From: Planctomycetota bacterium
Lineage (GTDB): Bacteria > Planctomycetota > UBA11346
NCBI GenBank assembly: GCA_038213805.1
Contig: JBBQSO010000078.1
Coordinates: 1-25,322 of the forward strand
Length of the DNA: 25,322 nucleotides
Reading direction: 5' to 3'
Shown here: positions 1 through 6,795 of the stretch, piece by piece
Layout of the letters: every line of letters begins with the position of its first letter
Numbering within the stretch: the stretch's first letter is position 1
Notes under the pieces: generated by a model
Seen by the model: only the letters and a program-made list of their open reading frames with translations
Databases searched by the model: none
Told to the model about the DNA's origin: nothing
Position numbers and translations under genes: made by a program

Positions 1-291
1 GACTCCCACACCAACCACGATGGCCACCGTCACGGTGATGGCGATGGTCTTCTGGAGAACTTCGCCGACCACGTGCGGCACGTGCGGCAGGCGATGCGAC
101 GAGAACGGGTGGCCATTCTGTGCCAACAGGGTGCGGGCCAAGGCTGGTGAGATCCGGACCGAAACCCACGTCGGGTCCGCCGGGGTCACCGGGCGGTGGC
201 GTGCGGTCAGGCACCCGGTCGGCAGGAGTACGACCAGCGCAAGCGCCAGGGCAGCGGCGCGGCGCCATGGACCTGACGCCGCGTTATCCAA
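1..291 (-). CDS. Putative lipoprotein, N-terminal part (runs off the left edge of the window)
   Basis: Not in the ORF track; translated by hand as (L/M)DNAASGPWRRAAALALALVVLLPTGCLTARHRPVTPADPTWVSVRISPALARTL...KTIAITVTVAIVVGVGV. It has a basic n-region, hydrophobic h-region and lipobox-like PTG-C. TTG at 291 chosen as start; an in-frame ATG at 339 is an alternative. Confidence 0.55.
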   Translation of the reverse strand, partial: MDNAASGPWRRAAALALALVVLLPTGCLTARHRPVTPADPTWVSVRISPALARTLLAQNGHPFSSHRLPHVPHVVGEVLQKTIAITVTVAIVVGVGV

Positions 292-416
292 ACCCTCGTG
301 TTCATGGCTGCCCGATGATCTGGATCGCACCTCGAACATAGGCGACAACTTTCGCGTCGACGGACAGGACCACAGCGTGCAGCCTACCCGCAGCGCGCCG
401 CGCCGCCAGCCGCAAG

Positions 417-944
417 CTACTTGGGAGGCGGTGGCGCCATGCCGGTCGCGACCGTGGTCTTTCCCCCGGCCTCGCCTGCGACGATGGTCACGCCTGGGTT
501 GGCGCCGTCGGGGATCACCGCGCTGCCGACGCCTTCCCAGCCCTCACGGCCGCCTTGGGCCTGGATGGCGAACTGGATGGTGCGGCCGGGCTTGAGCGGG
601 ACGCTGAAGGTGTTGTCGCCCCACTTCACTTCCTGGCGGAAGACCCCGGCCTCGCCAAGCGCGTCACCGCCGAGCAGGTACACCGTGGTGCTGGAGAAGC
701 TCAGTCCGATGCCGGTGCCGATGCCGCTGCCGCCACCGCTCGAGAAGCCGGCGCCGACACCCACCCCGACCCGGCCTTGGCGGTTGCGCATGCCGTTGAC
801 GAAGGCGCGCTCAAGGTGCACTTGGAAGGTCACCGGCACGCCGCCCTCGTCACCGTAGCGGCGCGCCTCGCCGCAGCTGTTCATGGCGAGCAAGGCGACG
901 CCCGCGAGGACCACGAGCGGGAGATGGCGGGCTGCGCTGCGCAT
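417..944 (-). CDS. Putative lipoprotein with a Gly-rich VGVGVGAGFSSGGGSGIGTGIGLSF segment
   Basis: 175 aa ORF; AGGAG SD upstream of the ATG; signal peptide ending ALLAMNS-C; starts 12 nt after the stop of the upstream gene. Confidence 0.8.
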   Translation of the reverse strand: MRSAARHLPLVVLAGVALLAMNSCGEARRYGDEGGVPVTFQVHLERAFVNGMRNRQGRVGVGVGAGFSSGGGSGIGTGIGLSFSSTTVYLLGGDALGEAGVFRQEVKWGDNTFSVPLKPGRTIQFAIQAQGGREGWEGVGSAVIPDGANPGVTIVAGEAGGKTTVATGMAPPPPK

Positions 945-956
945 GACGGCTCCTGA

Positions 957-3083
957 TCAGGGATCGATCTTGCCACCCGGAGTGGGGGCCGGCGCAGGAC
1001 GGGCAGGCTTGCCCGCGCCGGCGGCTGGGCGATTGCCCTTACCGAACGGCTTCCAGGTTGGCGCGCTACCCCAGCCTTGGCCACCGAAAATGGCATTCCA
1101 GTTCGGCGCTTCGCCAGTGGATGGGGCGGCATACACGATGCCGGCCTCGGTCACTGCGAACATCTGGCCCTTGGTGCCGTCGGCGGGCCAGGCGTAGGCG
1201 ATGAAGTGCTGCTCCTGCTCCTTGGCCGCGGGCTTGGCGGCCGGGCGCGGATCCGCGCCGTCCGGCTCGCCGACTGCGGCGCCCGCCCCGTCGGGCAGGA
1301 AGACCGTGAAGCTGTAGCCGCCGGACTCGCCTCCGGCGAGGGTCTCATTGACCAGCGACAACGTGCCCTGCGGGGCGTTGGCGGTGGCGCGCGCCCCACC
1401 CAGCTCGCTGAGCAGGCCGAATTCGCCGCTGCCGTTGCCGTCCTGGTCGACGTAGGCGCCGGCCTGGAAGGAGAGTTCGGCGGGCACGATGCCTTTGAGC
1501 GCGGCGACCGCCGCTTTTTCCTGCCCGCTGCCGGCCTGGGCCAGGCTGCCAATCACCCCGAGTGCAGCGATAGGGCCCATGCCGAACAGGCCGCGGTCCT
1601 CGACGACGGTGTGGCCATCCTTGGTCCCGGCCACCACGTAGCCCGGTGCGGCCAGGCTCGCGGCCTTTGCCAAGCCCTGGAGGATCGCCTGGCGCTGCTG
1701 CGGCGAGAGGTCCTGGCGGCTCGCCAGGCCGATGCCGGCGAACTGGGTGAGCATGCGCAGGACGTTGCCGGTGTCGCTGCCACCGACCACGACGGAGTCT
1801 GAGTTGGCTTTACTCAGCGCGAGGCTGCCGGTCGGGCTGTCCGCCCAGCCGCCGGGCTTGCCGGTGGTGAATCCAGGCGCGAGCTGCGGATCGCTGGTGA
1901 TGATCCAGGTCGTCTTATCCAAGCCGATCTGCACCGGGACCGGGACGTTGGGGATGGGCAGCAGGGTCGCGGTGCCCTCGGCGGGCGCGGCGGTCTGCAG
2001 CTTGTCGAGCAGCAGGCCGATGACCTGGTCGAGCGCGGGCGAGCGCGGCAGCGCCAGGGTCACCGCCGGGAAGGGCGCACTCGGCGTCACCGCGAACAGG
2101 GTGGTGCCGGTGAATCCCTCCACCATTTGCGCGAGCGTGCAGGTCAGGCCCATGCCCGCGAACTGCTGATCGATCTTCGCCTCGAGCTCGTCGGCGGTCG
2201 TCCCAGCCTGCTTGGCGAAGGCGGTGAGCAGCGGCGTGCGCAGCTGCTTCCAATAGGTCTTGCCATCGGTGCCGAAGCCGAGCACGAGCAGCGCGTTGGC
2301 TGGCAGGCGCGCGAGCAGGGCGCGGTCGACCGGCTTGGTGCCGGGTCCGACGGTGGTCGAGGTGAAGCGCTCGAGCACGCCTTCGGGCACGATGCGCAGC
2401 TGGTAGTCCATGTCGCCGATGTAGCCGGCGAAGGCGTCGAGGCTCTTGGCGTCGAAACCCGGCGCCTTGCTCGCCATCTGCTTGATGATTTCGAAGTAGC
2501 GCGCGCCGGAGATGCTTGCCTGGACGTCGGCATCGCTGATCGGCGGCTTGACGGGCATCAGCTCGGCGGGCGCGATGTGCGCTCCCAGCAACAGGATCTG
2601 GCCAACGCGCGCGATCAGCGAGGCGTCGGCGACGTTCTGGACGGCCTCGGCGGCGCCGGGGATGGTGATCGGGACCGCGCCCTGTTCCTTGTCGGCGTTC
2701 ATGGCGGCGGTGGCGACCTGGGTGGCCATCGCGCCGAAGTCGGCCTGGGCGAAGACTGCGGGCTGGGGCACGGCGCCGCTGGCGTCGACGCGTAGGATGC
2801 GCAGCACGCCGCCGCGCATGGCGGCAAGCGCAACGAAGGGGTCGAATCCGAGCTTCGCGGTGGTCTCGTCCATGCCCTTGGCGAACTCGGCGCGTCCATT
2901 CGCGCTCGCCGGGTCCTGCCAGAGCTTGTAGTAAAGGCTGGCCTTCCAGTGGTCGACCAGGCGCTGCCCGTCGCTGACCACCACCTCAAGCGGCAGCGTC
3001 GGTGCGGTTGCGGCCTGCGCCTGGCCGGCGAGGCCAGCGAGGGCGCAAAGCAGGGATGGCATCAGGAGGGCTGGACGGAGCAT
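957..3083 (-). CDS. Large secreted protein (DUF3352-like N-terminal region plus C-terminal pilin-like globular domain)
   Basis: Start MLRPALL at 3083 with AAAGGA SD; signal peptide ending AQA-A. The C-terminal EKAAVAALKGIVPAELSFQAGAYVDQDGNGSGEFGLLSELGG...GYSFTVFLP...FIAYAWP resembles planctomycete prepilin-like globular domains. Confidence 0.7.
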   Translation of the reverse strand: MLRPALLMPSLLCALAGLAGQAQAATAPTLPLEVVVSDGQRLVDHWKASLYYKLWQDPASANGRAEFAKGMDETTAKLGFDPFVALAAMRGGVLRILRVDASGAVPQPAVFAQADFGAMATQVATAAMNADKEQGAVPITIPGAAEAVQNVADASLIARVGQILLLGAHIAPAELMPVKPPISDADVQASISGARYFEIIKQMASKAPGFDAKSLDAFAGYIGDMDYQLRIVPEGVLERFTSTTVGPGTKPVDRALLARLPANALLVLGFGTDGKTYWKQLRTPLLTAFAKQAGTTADELEAKIDQQFAGMGLTCTLAQMVEGFTGTTLFAVTPSAPFPAVTLALPRSPALDQVIGLLLDKLQTAAPAEGTATLLPIPNVPVPVQIGLDKTTWIITSDPQLAPGFTTGKPGGWADSPTGSLALSKANSDSVVVGGSDTGNVLRMLTQFAGIGLASRQDLSPQQRQAILQGLAKAASLAAPGYVVAGTKDGHTVVEDRGLFGMGPIAALGVIGSLAQAGSGQEKAAVAALKGIVPAELSFQAGAYVDQDGNGSGEFGLLSELGGARATANAPQGTLSLVNETLAGGESGGYSFTVFLPDGAGAAVGEPDGADPRPAAKPAAKEQEQHFIAYAWPADGTKGQMFAVTEAGIVYAAPSTGEAPNWNAIFGGQGWGSAPTWKPFGKGNRPAAGAGKPARPAPAPTPGGKIDP

Positions 3084-3239
3084 GGTTTCCTTTCGCCCGG
3101 TCGCGGAAGCGCGACGCAGGCACTCGAGCATGGCGGCATGACATGGCGGCTCAAGCACCGGCCGATCCCCCGGATCCTCCAGCGCCGCCGAACCTGGTGT
3201 ACCTGAGTTGATCCCGCTGCGTTACAGCCTGATCCCGAG

Positions 3240-3367
3240 GATCTTAACCGCCACGTCGCCACGTCGCCAAGGATCGCAGGGGAATCCGCAACCCCGGGCC
3301 CGAGACGGGCCGTTGTCCGCCCTCCTTTGTCTTCCCTTAGCGTCTTGGCGTCTTGGCGGTAAAAATC
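3240..3367. repeat. Imperfect inverted-repeat element with 8-nt tandem units (CGCCACGT x2 / CGCCAAGA x2)
   Basis: Left arm GATCTTAACCGCCACGTCGCCACGTCGCCAAGG (3240-3272). Reverse complement of the right arm (3335-3367) is GATTTTTACCGCCAAGACGCCAAGACGCTAAGG. Confidence 0.85.
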
Positions 3368-3385
3368 GTCGCGGCCTGCGGGATC

Positions 3386-4444
3386 TCAGATCCCGCGGGC
3401 GAGCAGGCCGGTGGTTTCGGGCAGGCCGAACATCACGTTCAGATTCTGGATGGCCTGCCCGCTGGCGCCCTTGACCAGATTGTCGAGCACGCTGGTGATG
3501 ATCAGGGTGCGGCCGTCGCAGACCGCGCCGAGGTCGGCGAAGTTGGTGCCAGCGACGTTGGCGACTTCGACCGCTTGCGGGGTCTTGCGCACGCGCACGA
3601 AGGGCCGCCCGGCGTAGGTCGTGGTCCACGCCGCGAGCACCGCCTCGGCGGTGACGCCGGGCCGCACGGTGGCGGTGAGGGTGGAGTGGATGCCGCGCGT
3701 CAGCGGCGCGAGGTGCGGCACGAAGGTGCAGTGCAGCGGCCGCCCGGCGGCCAGGGACAGCTCCTGGTCGATCTCGCCGGTGTGCTGGTGGCCGACCGCC
3801 TTGTAACTGTGCAGGTTCTCGTTGAGCGCGTAGAACAGGTTGTTGTTCGACTCGAGGAAGCGCTTGCCCGCGCCCGAGATACCACTGTAGCTGATCGAGG
3901 CGAGTGGCGCGGCCGCATCGAGCAGCCCGGCGCGCAGCAGCGGCACCAGGGGCAGCAGCACGCTGGTCGCATAGCAACCGGGGTTGCCAACCACGCGCGC
4001 CGCGGCCACCGCGGCGGTGTTGAGTTCAGTGAGTCCGTAGACCGCCTCGCCGAGCAGCTCGGGACAGGCGTGGTGGTCGCCATGCCACGTGCGGTAGTCG
4101 GCATGCTCGCGCAGGCGGAATTCTGCGCCGATGTCGATCACGCGCAGACCCTGGGCGAGCAGCTCCGGCACCACCTTGGTCACGTCCGGACTCTTCTTGG
4201 CGAGGATCACCGCCTGGGCGCCGCTGGCGATCAGCGCCGCTGGCGTGTCGGCCGCCAGCACCAGGTCGGTCTCACCCCCGAAGGCCGGCACCGCGTCCGC
4301 CAGGCGTTGGCCGCCGAGCCGGTCGGAGCCCGCGTGCACGACGCGGAAGCCGGGATGACCGAGAAGGATGCGCAGGGCGACCTCACCAGCGTAGCCGGTG
4401 GCGCCGAGCACGGCGACGGGGATGGGGGCGTCGGTCATGGTCAT
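3386..4444 (-). CDS. argC: N-acetyl-gamma-glutamyl-phosphate reductase
   Basis: VAVLGATGYAG nucleotide-binding motif, VIDIGAEFRL, AVYGLTE, catalytic NPGCY, SGISGAG, FVPHLAPLTRGI, DNLVKGASGQAIQNLN. Start may be 4438. Confidence 0.97.
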   Translation of the reverse strand: MTMTDAPIPVAVLGATGYAGEVALRILLGHPGFRVVHAGSDRLGGQRLADAVPAFGGETDLVLAADTPAALIASGAQAVILAKKSPDVTKVVPELLAQGLRVIDIGAEFRLREHADYRTWHGDHHACPELLGEAVYGLTELNTAAVAAARVVGNPGCYATSVLLPLVPLLRAGLLDAAAPLASISYSGISGAGKRFLESNNNLFYALNENLHSYKAVGHQHTGEIDQELSLAAGRPLHCTFVPHLAPLTRGIHSTLTATVRPGVTAEAVLAAWTTTYAGRPFVRVRKTPQAVEVANVAGTNFADLGAVCDGRTLIITSVLDNLVKGASGQAIQNLNVMFGLPETTGLLARGI

Positions 4445-4515
4445 GGTTTCCGCGCTGGACTGTGGCGGCTGTGCGCGGGTGGCAAGGGTGGGGGGTTCCA
4501 GACCTCACGGCCTGC

Positions 4516-4653
4516 GACAGCCGATTGAACAGGAGCAGATGCGGAGACGCGGAGGTGCGAAGAGGGGAGGAAGCCTCGGCGGGACTCCGTTCTGCGGTCT
4601 GGTGGTCCTCCTCCAATCTCCGCGTCTCCGCGCCTCATGTTCGATCGGTTGTC
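4516..4653. repeat. Imperfect inverted-repeat element with 8-nt tandem units (CGCGGAGA)
   Basis: Left arm GACAGCCGATTGAACAGGAGCAGATGCGGAGACGCGGAGGTG (4516-4557). Reverse complement of the right arm (4614-4653) is GACAACCGATCGAACATGAGGCGCGGAGACGCGGAGATTG. Confidence 0.85.
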
Positions 4654-4687
4654 CTGCTCGGCTCGCGCCTGCGGGGTGGGCGCGAGC

Positions 4688-5842
4688 CTATTCTGGTGTG
4701 GTCGCAGCCGGGGCGGATGGCGGTGGGGCCGCCATCGGAGCGGTGACCAGCGGCGGGCGGCGGGAGATGCCGGAGCGTCCCGCAAGGCGGCGGTAATAGG
4801 CGCGCACCAGGTGGTTGTTGGGCGCGATCAGATAGGTCATCGAGATGGTGCGGTAGACCTCGCCGCGCGTGATCTTGACCTTGTGCTCGGCGTCGAGCAG
4901 GCGCGGGTCGTGCTCAGCCAGGCGCAGGGTGCGCACCGCGAAGAACAGCGGGGTCAGGCAGAACAGGCGGATGCGGTAGGCGCTGCGCGGCAGGCTCGTG
5001 CAGTAGCGCAGAGCATCGTCGAGGTGGCCCTTGGCCTTGGCGATGAGCAGCTCCATGACCAGCCGCGACTGGCGCTGGCAGTGCGGTGCGAGCAGCTCCT
5101 CCGGGGCGATGCCGGCGAGCTGGCAGAGCTGGCGTGGCACGAAGCTCCAGCCGCGCCGGCGGTCGTCGGCGACATCCTTGATGATGTTGGTGAGCTGCAG
5201 CCCCAGCCCAAAGCTGGTCGACAGCTCCTTGAGCCGCGCGTAATGCCGGCGGGTCAGGCGCGGGTGGTGCAGGCGGAACAGTTCGGTGAGCAGGTGGCCG
5301 ACGGTGCCCGCCACGAAATAGCAGTAGCGGTCAAGGTCGGCGAGGCTGGCCAGCGCCTCGAGGCGGTCGGGCCGCGCGCGGCTGTGCAGCACCGCGAACT
5401 CGGCCATGCCGGCGCACATCTCCTGCACCCACGGGCGGATGGCCTGCTGCTGGTCCGCGCCCAGGCGGCGGAACTCGCGCAGCACCGCGGCGCTCTCGCG
5501 CGTCAGCAGTTCGTCGTCGATGCGCGGAACGGCGAAGGCGGCGCTCAGCGACCCGAGATCGACGCGCGCGTCGTCGAGGGCGGCGCGGAACAGCGCCAGC
5601 AGGCGCTCCTTGTCCGCGACCGGCAGGTCGGCGGTGTCTTCGATGGTGTCGGCGATGCGACACAGCAGGTAGGCGAGCAGCACCGCGTGCGCGACCTTGG
5701 GCGGCAGCAGGCGGATGCAGGCGGCGAAGGTGCGCGAGACGCGCGGCAGCATCTCGCGGCAGAAGCGCCGTTCCCCGCCCGGCTCAGGCGGCAGCAGCGG
5801 GGGCAGGGTCTCGCGCTTACGGGTGCGTGGTGACGCGGTCAT
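4688..5842 (-). CDS. Squalene/phytoene synthase family protein, farnesyl-diphosphate farnesyltransferase (SQS/FdfT)-like
   Basis: VSRTF, AYLLCRIADTIED (first Asp-rich motif), LDRYCYFVAGTVGHLLTELF, FGLGLQLTNIIKDVADD (second motif), IRLFC, KVKITR. ATGA overlap with the upstream gene. Confidence 0.9.
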   Translation of the reverse strand: MTASPRTRKRETLPPLLPPEPGGERRFCREMLPRVSRTFAACIRLLPPKVAHAVLLAYLLCRIADTIEDTADLPVADKERLLALFRAALDDARVDLGSLSAAFAVPRIDDELLTRESAAVLREFRRLGADQQQAIRPWVQEMCAGMAEFAVLHSRARPDRLEALASLADLDRYCYFVAGTVGHLLTELFRLHHPRLTRRHYARLKELSTSFGLGLQLTNIIKDVADDRRRGWSFVPRQLCQLAGIAPEELLAPHCQRQSRLVMELLIAKAKGHLDDALRYCTSLPRSAYRIRLFCLTPLFFAVRTLRLAEHDPRLLDAEHKVKITRGEVYRTISMTYLIAPNNHLVRAYYRRLAGRSGISRRPPLVTAPMAAPPPSAPAATTPE

Positions 5843-6792
5843 GGCCCGACCTTGCCGTCGGCCCCGTCAAGCCCGCCCGCTTCGTCAGGACCGGCAGGCG
5901 CTATGGCAGGCAGGGCGCCCTCCGCCGGCCAGATCACCTGCTGGCTGGTCAACGTGCGCACCGCGACCAGGTCGAGCACCACGGCGTCGCCGGCCTGGCG
6001 CATGCGGTAGATGCGGCCGCGGCGGTCGCACCACAGCGTCGCGGCGGGCCGCGCGTCCTGCTCCATCTCGACGCGCAGCAGAGTCATGGTGCCACCGGCG
6101 GTGGCGACTGGTTCGCTGGGGTGCACGGTGAAGACCGCGCTCTGTACCACCGGGGCGAGGCGGCTTAGGTCGGCGGCGAGCACGTGCGTGGTAAAGCGTT
6201 CGCCGGGCTGCAGGTCGGGCGGCAGAGCGATCACCACGCCCAGCCCCTGGTTCTCGTCGCCGCGCAGCGCGGGGAATACGAAGGGCGTCGGCGTGCCGTG
6301 CGCGAAGCTCCACGTGCCTGCCAGTCCGCGCCCATCGACCACGCCCGAGGCGGTGAAGACCAGGTCGCCGAAGGCTGCGTCGACGTCGACGGACTGCAGG
6401 CGCAGGCGCTGATCGAAATGCTCGCGCGCCTCGAGCAGTGCACCGCGGCGGCCATGCTGCGGCAACCGCCCGGCCAGTCCCGCCAGGCCCGGCAGCAGGG
6501 TCAGATCGTCGATCGTTAGGCGGCTCGACAGCACGAAGGCCTCGGCCTCGGCGCCGAGCGCCAGCCGGCAGGTGCCGATAGGGCGGCCGTCCGCGCCCTC
6601 GGCGCCGCCGCTGCGCACGCGGTAGGTGAACTCCTGGTTGCCGTTCGCGCCGAGGATGGCACCAAGGTCGCGGCGTTCGCGCAGGCCCAGCCCGGGCAGG
6701 GCGTGGCGCAGCACGTGGCTGGTGAACAGCGCCAGCCAGCCGCACACCACCGCCAGACGGACCAGGGCTCCAAAGGTCATGCGCGCCGCCAC
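5839..6792 (-). CDS. Hypothetical membrane-anchored, beta-rich protein
   Basis: 317 aa; N-terminal hydrophobic helix (LVRLAVVCGWLALF); starts 3 nt after the lptD-like stop and overlaps the SQS start. Start may be ATG 6780. Confidence 0.75.
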   Translation of the reverse strand: MAARMTFGALVRLAVVCGWLALFTSHVLRHALPGLGLRERRDLGAILGANGNQEFTYRVRSGGAEGADGRPIGTCRLALGAEAEAFVLSSRLTIDDLTLLPGLAGLAGRLPQHGRRGALLEAREHFDQRLRLQSVDVDAAFGDLVFTASGVVDGRGLAGTWSFAHGTPTPFVFPALRGDENQGLGVVIALPPDLQPGERFTTHVLAADLSRLAPVVQSAVFTVHPSEPVATAGGTMTLLRVEMEQDARPAATLWCDRRGRIYRMRQAGDAVVLDLVAVRTLTSQQVIWPAEGALPAIAPAGPDEAGGLDGADGKVGP

Positions 6793-6795
6793 GGT

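Noticed and set aside
3240..4653. CRISPR array or integron cassette interpretation of the repeats
   Set aside because: No repeat-spacer periodicity, no cas or integrase gene, and no clear attC RYYYAAC/GTTRRRY pair on both elements.
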